Positions 20,346 to 32,983 of a stretch of 38,301 nucleotides of DNA are shown in pieces. Source of the DNA: Asterionella formosa. Its lineage: Eukaryota. The DNA is taken from assembly GCA_002256025.1 (NCBI GenBank), contig NKIB01015098.1, forward strand, positions 1 to 38,301, written 5' to 3'. The notes beneath the pieces were generated by a model. That model ran no database searches and had not been told where the DNA came from. It saw only the letters and a list, made by a program, of their open reading frames with translations. Numbering within the stretch: position 1 is the first letter of the stretch; the number at the start of each line of letters is the position of its first letter. Both the position numbers and the translations under genes were made by a program.

Positions 20346-22279
20346 ATGAGAGCGTCTCTCGTATCACTTTTGATTCACAGTGCTGCGATTAGCGCTTCGT
20401 CTGCGTTACTTTCTCCAAAGAGGAACAATCGCGTCCTGTGGAACTATTCGGCATCATCGGAACTACCACCACAAGGAGAAACACAAGATGATGACACCAT
20501 CATGATGGTCAGCAAGAATTCCAAATACATTGCTGGTCTCATGGAGAATCTCACAGATGCATGTGACAAATGGATTTTGACCGGAAGCAACGGAGTTCGC
20601 GAACGAGCCATTAACATTTTGACGCAAATTCAACAATCCAGTCAAGACCCCGACCTTGTGCTACAAAGCGAGCGATTGGTTCTAAGAACTGGGATGCCTC
20701 TGGGAGCATCGAATGGCTTGGATCGCGATGGGACTACTGCATCACCATTGCTGGGAACGACTAATACAGCTGAACGAACCGCACAAGCGGCAGCGAGGAC
20801 TGACTGGGAACGATTCAGAACTCAAAATACAAAGGAAGGATTGTCCGAAATCGTTGATGAACGAGCAAGATCTGCTTTTTCAGCAAGGTTGGAAAAACAA
20901 AATCCAACCGTCTTTCCAGACGAACCAGTCACTAAAACACTCCAAGCCTTTCAACAAACGGCTGAATACAGGCAAGAGTTGCAAGACGAACTGAAAGGGA
21001 AAGCATCCAAGGCAACACAACAAGAGCAGCTGCAACAACCCTACGACATGGACGCGGCTTACAAATCATCGCAATTGGTAGCACAAGCGGGGGCGGGGCG
21101 AGCCTTTCTAGGTGAAACATTGGGCGTAGGTGGACTTGATCAGGTCCTGGCAGAGGTCAAACGACGCATTTGGGTTCCACTCGCCGCGCCTCCCCAATTG
21201 CTACGAGAATTGGGAATTCACCCAGTCCGTGGTTTGTTGCTTTATGGCAAGCCAGGTTGTGGAAAAACTTTGATTGCCAGAACCATTGGAAAGATTTTGA
21301 GTCCAGCTCGACCGCCGACCGTTGTAGCGGGCCCAGAAATAATGGATAAATTCGTGGGTTCCAGCGAAAAGGTGAGAAAAATGAACGAGTACTGTCTTGA
21401 GTGTCCCAGGGGGAAGACTCCTTTTCACTTTACAGCATACAGCTGGATATCACTCACCCTTCTCTGGCTGCCGTTGCGCTTATTTCGTGCCCCTTGAAGA
21501 ACCTTCGAGCTATTTTTGACAACCCTCCAGACATTTATGATTCGTTTCGCCTAGACCAACCCGACGGCGGGAAAGCATTGCAGCAAGCGGCCCTTCACGT
21601 TATCATTATGGATGAATTCGATGCCATGGCCCGGACTCGCGGGGGTAGAGACGGCGCAGGCAACCAAGGCGATGCTGGCGTTGCTAGAGATTCGGTGGTC
21701 AATCAACTTTTGGCTAAAATGGACGGAGTAGATGCATTGCCAGTGCCAACTTTAGTCATTGGAATGACCAATAAGCGGAGCTTGATTGAACCAGCATTGT
21801 TGCGACCTGGACGATTTGAAGTTCAAATTGAAGTGCCACCTCCAAGGACTATGGAACAACGGAAGAGCATTTTGAGAGTACATACAAAGGATATGTTGGC
21901 AGCAGGACGATTGTTGGTACGGGATGCACCAGTGGGGACTCCTGCCTCGCGAAAATTGGCATTGGATTCTCTCACGTATGAGGAATTGCTCACGATGTTG
22001 GCAGCAGAGTGTGAAGGTATGTCCGGTGCCTCCTTGGCAGGGGTCGCCAGGGCTGCTGCCAGTCATGCCCTGGAACGGGCCGTACAGGGCTTTGCAGATT
22101 CAGTCACCAATGGAGCACAGGGGAGCTCGATTATGGACTGTTTGGTGACAAAGCATGATTTTCAACTCGCAGTACAAGATGTGGTTGGAAGTAGTGGTGA
22201 AAATGATTTTGCTGAAGAAGTTGATGATTTCAAAGAGGATGACGTGAGTAGCGATGATTTAGAGCAAGAGGCTTGCTAG
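20346..22279 (+). CDS. NSF/Sec18-like AAA+ ATPase, single D1-type domain, with signal peptide (exons 20346-21371 and 21500-22279; ~601 aa)
   Basis: GVGGLD, GLLLYGKPGCGKTLIAR (Walker A), GPEIMDKFVGSSEK/NLR across a GT-AG intron (21372-21499), LHVIIMDEFDA (Walker B), DSVVNQLLAKMDGV, GMTN...ALLRPGRFEV. N-terminus is MRASLVSLLIHSAAISASSA-L. Confidence 0.85.
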
Positions 22280-22848
22280 CAAAGCAAAAGTCTAACAATT
22301 CATACATACCTAAGGGGTGATGTTAACAGAGATACAAAAATTAAAAATGTTGCTTGGCCCAATTTTTTGTATCTCGCACATTTGGCTGGTATGTTGCTTC
22401 CAGCAACACATTATTTGTTGCTGGAAGCTGGTATCTGTATGTATTGCTGCAGATACAGCATTAAGGAACACTAATTTTATAAATTTAATCAAGGCCATAT
22501 AATTAATTTAAGCAACAAACAGATGAAAGAACCACAAGAATTGACAAGAAACATGAAGATAGACCAAAATTACCAAAATCCACCAAACAGTATCATTTAG
22601 TTGAGGAAAGCTTAGACAAATTTTAGGAAAAATACAATGAACAAACAAGGAAGAAGAAATATTCCAGGTTCTTGACCCACATGCAAGACAAGTGTAATTC
22701 ATAGACCTGACTATGAACACTCCTGGTAAACATTTTTACATGTGGGTTACAAGTACCACTCCTGCTGATTTTTTCATCAACAGTGAGTGAAGATTGAAGA
22801 TGATAATAGACATGCTCATTCAACAGATATCCCTACAACAACTTTGTT

Positions 22849-23021
22849 GTATTTGTGTTTACTTTGAAGTCACCAGATACAGAAACAAAACCAAGTTAAT
22901 TAATAGTATTTGTGTTTACTTTGAAGTCACCAGATACAAAAACAAAACCAAGTTAATTAGTAGACTAGTATTTGTGTTTACTTTGAAGTCACCAGATACA
23001 GAAACAAAACCAAGTTAATTA
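22849..23021. repeat. Tandem repeat, 3 x 54 bp
   Basis: GTATTTGTGTTTACTTTGAAGTCACCAGATACA(G/A)AAACAAAACCAAGTTAATTA at 22849, 22906 and 22968, separated by 3 and 8 bp linkers. Confidence 0.95.
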
Positions 23022-23984
23022 GTATTACACTCATCATTAAGAATTGGTCAAAGACTATTGACCTTCGAGATATGATGGGGTACAACAAAAGGTCATCCAA
23101 AAACCGAAGCAGCTTCTGAAAAAAACGGAGCTCAGTTTTTTGAATTGTCAACAAGGAGTTGGTAGATACACACACTGCCGACTTGTTTTCATTGGTATGT
23201 TGTTCTTGTATTCACTGTTGAACTTGTCTGCATCTTTGTTACCATCAATAGAGCGATAAGTGGGTCTCATCATTGCTGTTTGCTCCTGGAAAAGTCGGTG
23301 TCCATGTCATCCTCATCAATAGAGGGACAAGTGTCCTTCATCATTGTGGTTTGCCGCTGGAAAAATTGGTACCCGTGGTATCGCCATTCACTCCTTGGAA
23401 CCACTGTCCGTTGCATCAAACCTGATGAGCGTGTGTGTATGTGCACTGTCGACTTGTGTACATTCCAGGAGTGACTTAGCTACTAAAGTGCGTGTTATAA
23501 AATCATACTCCATAGTACAAAGCAGAATACTACAGTTCCCAATCATCTCATCATGATTGATAAGATGATAATGTGATATCACGATAGGGTTACATCGATG
23601 CATACCCTGGTACATCACAAAAGTATGATATGTAATATTGAATAAAGTATATCACATAGCTATGATACATTGATCATAGAACTATGATGATTCCTTAAAA
23701 CGTTTATGATATAATTTTGATCAAAATATGATCATGTCAAAATAATACAATGACAATAAAATACGATAAAATATGTACACAAGTGTTATTGATACATCAT
23801 AGAAAATGAATAAATAAATCATAAAGTATGTTACTTAATATATAAATTCGACTTTTAATGTATACAGTAAAAGCCAACAGTTAATATGATAGTATTATAT
23901 GGTGTATAGGATCTAAGTAAATGGATGCGTTGATATGTACATCACTATAATATGATTTGTGATATGGATTGATGCATAGTATGA

Positions 23985-24124
23985 CATACCAGTATCCTCC
24001 ACAACCAGCCATCACGTTCATCCGTCAGCATGTCGTTTTACATTGTTATAGCTATACATACCAGTAGCCTCAACAACCAGCCAGTATGTTCATTATCATG
24101 TCGGTTTTCCTTGTTATAGCTATA
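23985..24124. repeat. Degenerate tandem duplication, 2 x ~70 bp
   Basis: CATACCAGTA..CTC.ACAACCAGCCA...GTTCAT...TTGTTATAGCTATA at 23985-24056 and 24057-24124. Confidence 0.8.
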
Positions 24125-24149
24125 TTTATGCCAGCATGTGTATTGTGTA

Positions 24150-26774
24150 AACACTACGCTGGCGGAACATGCATAGTACACTGCTATGTTCTGCTCAACA
24201 ATTACTACACTTGGTTACCATCACACCAGCAACATGCTTTAATCGATGTAATTGTCCACTGACACGCTTACTGGGTCGTTTCAATTTGTCTTTCAAAAAA
24301 GACTCCAAATATCCACCAAAGAAATTGAGTGGAGATCCGAACTTCCTAATCAGATGAGGTTAATGTTTCATTCTATGAAATTTTGCCATTCGTAAGCCAA
24401 TCTGAGATATCATTTCCCGTTGGGGACCAATCATAATCTTAGTAACTGACATAAATCTCTCAACCCTTTCCTCTAAAATATCAATACATTTTGATGTATA
24501 CTGCGGTATGAACAAAGTGTCATTGATAGATATACATAAACATAACAGCAACGTGAAATCTTTTTCTAGGTGCATGTTCTCTGAACCCATCATTCCACCC
24601 ATTGAAAAATTAGTTAACAGATATAGCTAATCCGGGAATTTCTTGCCCTGACATTTTTGACAAAGCTGTCATCCCAGCAGATCTGTATGACAATTTTGGA
24701 ATATCACGATCGCTTTGCCTTTCCAAATGACTAGTGATATGTCTAGCACTTTGTTCGAAGTATAGTATAGTTTCGAAAATACATTTCTTGTTCTGGTACA
24801 AGTGTTGGGTCTTGATTTTTGCCAGTGTAGATATTTTTGGTAACTGAGCGATGCGTGTGTCCTTTTTGGTCTTTGCCCGTTTCTTCGGTTGCTTTTGATC
24901 AAGAAAAGCAGTGTCTGTTGTTTCAGTGTTACTTTATGATCAGAGATGTTCTCTGGAATATCTGGAGATTTTCTTTCTTTAAAAAACATGTCCATTCTTC
25001 AGGGATAGTCCGATAATTGTACAATGATTCCAAAATGTGCGATTTTAAATATTCCAAGTAGTAATTGATGAAGAAGCTCAAATGGAGTTGCACCAAATAA
25101 TCCTTTTAAGTCAACAACAAAAAAATGATTTATTAGTGCAGACATAATAGGATTATGCGATATAACACTGCACCACTCGTTTGCTGTTGCGTATTTGCCA
25201 ATAGATTGGGAGACAAAATACTCAGGTGGGATACATGGTAATTTTCCATTGGGATATGCATTTTTGTCAAGAAATTTGTTTAAAAACTTTTTAACTCAGA
25301 CATTTTACGACGTTAACATCCAATATTAGGATTATCAGCATCTTCATTTGAAACCAGGCAATCACGACAAACATATCATCGATATAATCCATTACCACCC
25401 CTGAAACCACAAATTTTGTTGTGCTCTTCTGTATCACCAATGATCATTCTAATTTGGAAATAAATTTTTGTCATACCAACACCATGAACCCAAATATCGT
25501 ATGACTTGTTTGGATCGCTCTTCGAAAGGCGACAATAGAAATCCTGTAACAGAATGGTATAATTTGAGTCTACTTAAGGACAAGTTGCTTGTCACCAGAT
25601 AACTTATTGTTCATTTGTTTCTCCAGATCACTGACTTCAATGTCTGGCAAAAGAGATACCGATTGCCATCCATCAACTTTTTTCTTCCTTCTGACGTTAA
25701 GTTTAACATTGCCAACAAAAACGGATGCTTGGAATGTTTCATTTGTTTATGTATAGGTGAACCATCACTGAAAACTGCTAGGGCAACAAATAAACACTCT
25801 GTCTTCAACACTCCATTTTCTGATGCAGGAGAATTGTTGAATGCATTTTCAAACCAAGTCGCAGAAGACACTTTGTCATATATGCATGCGTTCTCCACAA
25901 GTTGTAAGTTTCACTTGTGGGTGACATACAAAATGTTGCATGATATCAGAATCACATAAGAATCCTGCCATGATCTGTACTGGTTCGAAATACTGGAGTG
26001 TGCGTGGGATATCATATTTGAATTGTTATCAATATGTATTTGTTTGGTCAACAGTTGAACAACAGCTAATGTTGGTGGAAATGAAATATCCATGCATTTT
26101 TTCAAAGTCTGGTAGGATGGAGCTTTGATACCTGCCTTCCATCAAAATATTTAATTGCTTTGGCCTTGAACAGCCATTTCATTAGATGATCAAAGTAAAC
26201 TGGTGGAAGGTAGGTTGTTCTTGTTAAGGAATAACATGAGTTCTAATTCGATTGGATGCATGTTAAGGGAATGTTTACTTGTAAGTTGAAATTGAGAAGG
26301 AAGGGGCATTTCAATTGCATTTTCAGGAAGAAAGCCAATGTGATATTGGAAATCTGAATACAGCATGGTCTCTGAATTCAATCTTTGGAGAGTTTTTAGT
26401 CTCAATTGTTCGTCTTGTTGTGACTGAATATTGTCCTAACTGAATCGTCGCTGTCGTCATTAAATGGATGATTGTGGCCACTTGATTCAAGGAAAAGGAC
26501 ACATAATCTCTTTTTGTTGTCTTGTACTCTCCCTAAATGCTGCATCAGTTACACTGCCATTAACTGCTTTCCTTGAATGATTCGATGCACTACCGCTATA
26601 CATAGTTTCATTATGTATTCCAGGAACTCGATGTTCTTGCATGCAATGTCGACAGTGACCATATGCATAAAAAGCACGGTTGATACAATTTCGATTGTGA
26701 GACTCAGATGGGGATTTGTTCTTCCGAAATTTGTAGTTACACAGATTACACCATTTCAATGTCCGCAAAGACAT
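24150..26774 (-). pseudogene. Plavaka-family transposase pseudogene (3'-truncated)
   Basis: Ordered motifs across broken frames: N-terminal CNLC...H...C; DKVSSATWF; LAVFSDGS...HPFLLAMLN; MIIGDTEEHNKICG...CRDC; TPFELLHQLLLG; KFHRMKH*PHLIRKFGSPLNFFGGYLESFLK...KRP. Many stops and frameshifts. Confidence 0.75.
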
Positions 26775-27076
26775 TGCAAATTCCAAACGATGACAAAGTC
26801 AGCAGGATATGAACAGGATAGAATGAAAATGATTTAATAAGAAGAATTTTGGCATCACTCCAAACATGCTGTGCTGGACAATACAGAGTCGTGAAATTAT
26901 CTCACCACCATAGTAGTAAAAATGGAGGTATACCGCTACATACAGTACAGGCGCCACTACTAGTAGTATAGAGCAACATCAATGTTTTCCTAACATCTAT
27001 GATATGGTTTGTGCATTGTAGAAGTCTCACACTAACTATATTTATTATTTAACTACTAAGCATGCATTGGATTCTA

Positions 27077-28931
27077 TTAGATCCATTCAAAATCAACGTT
27101 GTCGTCAATGTCCCGTTGATTAATGCGTTCATTGTCATCAATAGTATTCTTTTCAGGAAAATTTGATTGAAGTGGTTCAGCATATTGGTTCATATCCTCT
27201 TCACATACATTGGGAAATGAGAAGTATGAGTGTGAGTAGATGATATTTGTTGTGGAAGTAGCGATTCCACTAGGATTCCTGCCTTCCATATTCTCATCGA
27301 TTCTTTTGTGAAAGTCCAGTGTAGATTTCCTTATAATAGCCGAGTAAATAAACATCATCAGTCCATTGATCAGTGAGACCATTTGAAACTGAACTTTCTT
27401 CCCTCACACATTTTTTTGATAAGTGGTTTCCCACCAATGTCAACAAAATTGGTAGAATGACGAATATTGTTCTCTGAAATTTCCTGCTTATCTGGATTGA
27501 AACCCAAATATTTTTGATGCAATCGGAATTTTCATTTTAGCACTAAGAATCAAAAGGCTTCTGTACTGGCATTGATCAGCGAACCAACAAAACGTGATTG
27601 CAATTCACACTGTGCCCGAAGACTTAGTTGAAATTTGGTCACTCCAGATTTGTCTCCTGTTAAAAATGGTTCTCCACAGCTTGTCCTGTCTATAAAATAC
27701 ACTGGAGCAAGAACATCACGCCAGACTTGGTATCCTTCTTGGCTTCCCCTGTCAATTTTCTTTGACTGCGCAAAACGATAAATCGTGAACGCCCACCTAA
27801 AAAAGTCATCAATATTCATAGTCTGGAATTTATATTCTGTTAGACCAGCTGGTGTGTCATGAATTATGTTAGCATTTTTAAATTCAAACATATTTGATAA
27901 GAATATAATCACCGGCTCAAAACATCATGCTTTCAGAGCATCTCCCGCCCTGCAAGAACTTACCTAAGATTCCTCTAAATTGATAATTCAAAAAATTCTG
28001 AAATTCTCTCGACTTTTTAATGCACATGCCACCATGCCTTGTTGGTACGTTCAATGGTCTGATTCATCGGAAGTAGTGCATCAGAACCATTTCATATGAA
28101 ATCGGAAAGCTCTGGGTCACTCTCCACTTCTTTGCCTAACACCGGTTTCACTGTGTATAGCCGAGTTAGGCAACATTCGGCAAACCAATCCTGTTTGTGA
28201 TTGGAAATGTCTTTCATAGTACTACTTGGACCAGATAGGCAGGGCGGGATGTTTAATTCTCTTTTGGGACCAGAAAAAAGCACATTAGATTGATATTCTT
28301 TTTTACAGTACCTGCAATTCGCGAACTATAACCTCAAACTTACATGTTCACAGCAAAACTTCTTGGTCTTGAATATAAAACTCACAACCTTTGTTACAAA
28401 TGATGGTTCAATTTTAGCTTAGCGGTAAGCAAGAACAGCGTTCTGATAAGGCCGCTGAAATTGAAGATTCTTGATAACCTCGTATGGACATGCGAGTTTT
28501 GAACCGAATTACGACCTTTGTAGTGATTGAGTTCATTGACCAATTGATAATCTTTTGGAAAGTGCAAAATGTTTTTCCCTCAGTTTGTCATGTACTTTTT
28601 GGTCTGTGCGATTAGAAAATTTATGATATGGTACCATGGCGTCCATCTGCATCCGGGAGTTATTAATGGTATCATCGACAGGAGCCATTTTTCTTGTACC
28701 ATCAAATGAAAAAGAAACGTCATCATCGCTTTCGGTATCAATTACGGGAGCCTTTGTACTAGTAGCTGATGGTGTCCCCATTGACAATGGTGTAGTACCC
28801 CCACTAACTCCCTGTCACCGATTGGTTTGCTTTGGATAATCGCCTTTTCGCTTTTTCTTTGTTAACTAATTTTGGTACTTGCTTCTTTGTTTCCATACCG
28901 GCAGTATTTGCCACATGTCGCTTGTTTCCAT
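27077..28931 (-). pseudogene. Second, unrecognised gene of the Plavaka-like element (fragmented)
   Basis: A chain of same-strand, protein-like ORF pieces (28533-28787, 28092-28283, 27550-27912, 27077-27382) lies directly upstream of the transposase. The start is approximate. Confidence 0.45.
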
Positions 28932-29149
28932 GAACCTATTTATGGTTTTTTGAAGACATTGCTTGTACTAGTACTAGATAACTGTTGTCGTTCTCTTCCT
29001 TAAAGTTTGATGATCTTAATATGAAATGAATCATCAGCCACTACATATAATATTATACGCCGTTAAGATATGATACCATAAAACCAACAGTGCTATTTAC
29101 GTTATTATATACAAAATCAGAACCAAGTTTGAGTGATAGCATACCTTGT

Positions 29150-29481
29150 TTTCAATTTTACGATCATACAATCCTGAAATTCTGATGATTTACTGTCCCA
29201 CTGTAATTGAAACAGTCCTGAACATATGGTGTTCTGTTGCTCGCTTACTACTCCGACTACCCTCTTTCAATTTTACAATCATACAATCCTCAAACTATGA
29301 TGATTTACTGTCCCGCTGCAGTAGCAGCAGTCATGAACATATGGTGCTCTGTTGCTTGCTTACTACTCCGACTATCCTTTTTCAATTTTATAATTATACA
29401 ATCCTAAAACTATGATGATTTACTGTCTCACTGCAGCAGCAACATTCATGAACATATGGTGTTCTGTTGCTCGCTTACTAC
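29150..29481. repeat. Tandem repeat, ~2.9 x 115 bp
   Basis: TTCAATTTTA...ATACAATCCT...TGATGATTTACTGTC...TGAACATATGGTG...GCTTACTAC starting at 29151, 29266 and 29381. The third copy is cut at TACCTGGTA. Confidence 0.92.
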
Positions 29482-30257
29482 CTGGTACCCCCAGTATATC
29501 GCAGAAAATATTGATGCAAACAAATTTCAAAAAAACAGTACCGGTACACGAAGTCGTGGAAAACAATGGACATATAGTGCATTGAATATTTTCGAATTAT
29601 CTATATGCGAATATGATCATCTCAACAATACCAGACATTCCATATTGAGAGTGCTTTGATTTTTATAAATATACGACACTTGATATATTTATATATTTAC
29701 AAATTTTATAACTATATACATGGCAAATATATTTGAAATCGTTCTGTCATGTTAACAAACAATGCTTGCTTCATGAAAAGAATATCGTAGTAGAGCACAT
29801 GACAAGAAAGGAAAGTTTACGCAATAACGAAAAACATTGTGGCTTCGACACATTGCGCCTTCAAAGGATGGAGTATGTATAAGGTAATGAAGCCATCAAT
29901 GTGGTAGCTACTTGGATGAAAATCGTTGGGGGGTAGGCAGGACAACTACAAATTGTAAACTAAATGCACATTTCCTTCCTTTTCAGTTGATTCAACAGCT
30001 TGTTTCGCTTGTTGGGGAAGGAGCACCAATGTAAAACAAAAAAATTGGTTAGTGCTCTTGTCGTTGGACTTTTTCACTTCTGATGGAACATAACTGATGG
30101 ACACACCACTTTACCTTCTCTCAAAGTTAAGCTAACGAAAATGAATCGGTAAGTGAAGCAAGCAAGAAGATACGATGGAATGGCGTGATGTTGTGGTGTC
30201 AGTGTAACATGTCTAGCAAACATGTCGTTCCTTCTCATTGTAACTGTAACTGCATAG

Positions 30258-30451
30258 GACAATATAACCGATCAAAAGAACGGAATAGCCGGCGAGTTCA
30301 GAATGACACTAACAGCAGGGCGAGAGACACACAATTAGAAAGGCATTGCTTGGCACAAGATTCAGAACAGAGGAAGAAAAGGGCGAGACAGGAACAATAT
30401 ACATTGAGCCAAGTAGAGAGAGAAATGTTGGGTCGCTGGCATGTAGAATAA
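30258..30451 (+). pseudogene. Terminal exon of a spliced accessory gene in the Plavaka-like element
   Basis: GTAAGT donor at 30149 and TAG acceptor at 30257. The peptide RNSRRVQNDT.SR.RD...RHCLA.DS.QR...YTLS.VERE.LGRW.V.* is conserved, with synonymous changes, in the copy near 37965-38155 (minus strand). Confidence 0.5.
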
Positions 30452-30886
30452 TAGATAGCATTGCTAAATTCGATAGTTAAATTACGATCCTTTTCAATCT
30501 ATTTTGAACAATGCTTGTGATTAGAATTATGATCATGTTTACGATAGATTTACGATGAAACAATTTAAATGATAGCATAGAGTTGAGCTGATTTTAGGAT
30601 GCGTTGTAGTAATAATTTACATAGAGCAATCACGAGAATTGAAAATTAAATGAGAAGGTTTATGATGATGATGAGTAATGTTGTTGATCAGTTGATATAC
30701 ATTGTGTGATGACAATGTTCTTATTGTCATTATACTTCAAGCAAGGTCGGTAAAATTTTAATAAATCATCATAGTTATAGGATACCTTGATCATAGTTTT
30801 GATCCAAAAATTATCATAAATACGAAAATCCTGTGCCACTTAGCGTATGATACCCTTGATCCTATATGCATGATACTTTTTATTTG

Positions 30887-32237
30887 CAGACAGTATTGAT
30901 TTCAGCAATGATTTTGTTCAAGCTGCCCTTGATGAACCAGTTTATGTCCATCTCCCTCGTGGCTATCAGAGTGATTCTGACCAAGATACCTGTCTGAAGC
31001 TCATCAAGAGTCTCCATGGCCTGGTGCAGGCCCCTCGTCTCTGGTTCGACCATCTGAAAGCAAAATTTGAAACACACGGTTTCACTCAAAGTTCCCTCAA
31101 TCCATGTCTTTTCTATTGCAAAACAACTGTCCTTGTTTGCTATGTGGATGAAATTATAATGGCTGGCCCAGAATCTAAGCAATGTTCTTGATGCACATGT
31201 GGCTGATCTCAAATTCGATGCAGATCTCACTGAAGAAGGTGAACTTGCCGCTTTCTTGGGCATCCAAGTCTCTCGCAAAAATGACACCTTCACCTTGACG
31301 CAAACTGGTCTCACTGACCGTATTATCTCTACCTTAGGTCTCGACTCTGTCAACCCAACCTGGACTCCCACTACAAAAGAATCGCTGGGGTCTGATGTTG
31401 ATGGGCTTGCCATGACTGACACCTGGAATTATCGATCTGTCATAAGAATGCTTCTTTATTTGAGCAACAACTCTTGTCCTGATATTGCCTTTGCGATTCA
31501 CCAGTGTGCTCGATTCTCTCATGCTCCCAAGCAAACCCATGCTCTTGCAATTAAAGCCATTGGAAGATACCTCATTTGTACCTGTGATAAAGGTCTCATT
31601 CTTTCTCCATCTGGGGATCTTGGGGTTGATTGTTATGTTGATGCGGATTTTGCTGGCTTTTGGCTACATGAAGATGACCAAAACCTTCTTGGTAGCAAGT
31701 CCCATACCAGATACGACCGTATCACTGTTGGTGGCTGTCTTCTCCTTACCTGGACCTCAAAACTTCAAACTGAAGTTGCCGTGTCCACTATGGAAGCTGA
31801 GAACATTGCATTGTCCCATTCCATGCGTGAGCTCATTCCTATTCATGCCCTTGTTCAGGAAATGGCAATTTCTATGGAACATAGTCCAATTTTTGAAATA
31901 CGGACCTATTCTTAGGTCTTTGAGGATAACAATGGGGCTCTCATTCTTGCTTCCTCACCCCGCATGACACCCCGGTCTAAACACATTGCTGTCAAGTACC
32001 ATTTCTTCCGTTCCCATGTTGTAAACGGATACATTAAAATCATATTTATTTCCACTACTGAACAAAAGGCAGACATCTTCACCAAAGGACTTGTACGCAC
32101 TGTTTTTGAGTCCATTCAGAAGTTGGTCATGGGGTGGTAGTGTTTACTATCCTATGCATTCCCCCTGTGACACCAATAACATTTGTCTCATTCACTCCTC
32201 AATCTTCTTTCAGTTGGTATCTTCGGCTGAGAGGGAG
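30887..32237 (+). mobile_element. Ty1/Copia retrotransposon 3' fragment (RT + RNase H + PPT), pseudogenised
   Basis: IDFSNDFVQA.LDEPVYVHLPRGY; LKLIKSL.GL.QAP..W; CYVDE (degenerate YVDD); YVDADFAG; WTSKLQTEVAVSTMEAE; EDNNGA; SKHIAVKYHFFR; QKADIFTKGL...KLVMGW* ending at 32140. PPT GAGAGGGAG at ~32229-32237. No recognisable LTR. Confidence 0.92.
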
Positions 32238-32884
32238 AGTCAGTATACTGGCCATTTGCGTACTAGTAGCTACTAGGAGCAATGCCGGTATATTACCAAC
32301 AGTAGCGCTAAATCGCTTTTGCCCTGTCAATGTCGGCAGCACCATACTGCTGGAGCAGCACTTCACTACCAGGTACTACTGGTTTGCACACAGGCTGCCG
32401 GCAGGAATTTAGTGATGCTTAGCAGTACCAGGCTTTGTACCTGGTACCTGGTAGTAGTACCTATTACCGGCCATCAGACAATGGTTCTGTGGTACCAGGC
32501 AGGTCATACCATGATGATCTTTCCTGCGGGAATTTAGTGATGCTACCAGACTGTGTACTGGTACCAGGTACCAGGTTTTATGCATAGTAGTACTGGTATA
32601 ACAGCACCAGTACAGTGCTGCTGGTACTAAGTAGGCAGGTCTATGGTACCAGGCTGTACATTCATACACAGCTTACTGTCAGCACCTCTGATCTTGCTAA
32701 TGGCATTTCTCTACCTTTCCCTTAGGATTCTGTAGATTCACTACTCAGTCCATGGTGCCAGCACTTCATTAGTTGCTTCTGGAACTTCCTCATCTTCCTC
32801 CTCATTTTGCCAACAAGAATTAAGCTCATATAATTGAAAACATCAGTTTTGTTATCCAAACTTGCATTCATTCCTTTCTTTCAA

Positions 32885-32983
32885 CCTTGGATTCCTAGAA
32901 GATCCACCACCTTGGATCCCTACAAGATCCACCACCTTGGATCCCTATAAGATCTACCACCTTGGATCCCTACAAGATCCACC
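32885..32983. repeat. Minisatellite, 4 x 25 bp
   Basis: CCTTGGATCCCTACAAGATCCACCA, with 0-2 substitutions per copy, at 32885, 32910, 32935 and 32960. Partial copy near 33028. Confidence 0.95.

Larger units (their letters stand above)
23550..30886 (-). mobile_element. Decayed Plavaka (CMC/CACTA-related) DNA transposon, ~7.3 kb, boundaries approximate
   Basis: Contains a Plavaka-type transposase pseudogene. Both ends are ATGAT/ATCAT-rich and share inverted blocks (23680-23734 vs 30756-30820). The right end is repeated at 37531-38261. Confidence 0.65.

Noticed and set aside
1307..22279. Membrane-trafficking gene cluster (ZW10, STIMATE, NSF-like)
   Set aside because: The genes are interspersed with unrelated ones and the NSF-like protein appears organelle-targeted. 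No evidence of functional clustering.
22849..23021. CRISPR-like array
   Set aside because: Linkers are only 3 and 8 bp, there are no unique spacers or cas genes, and the context is eukaryotic. It is a plain tandem repeat.
23030..23480. Additional decayed gene left of the Plavaka element
   Set aside because: Only short broken frames with no recognisable motif; cannot be supported.
32885..32983. CRISPR-like or telomeric 25 bp repeats
   Set aside because: Units are contiguous with no spacers and are not TTAGGG-type. It is a minisatellite.
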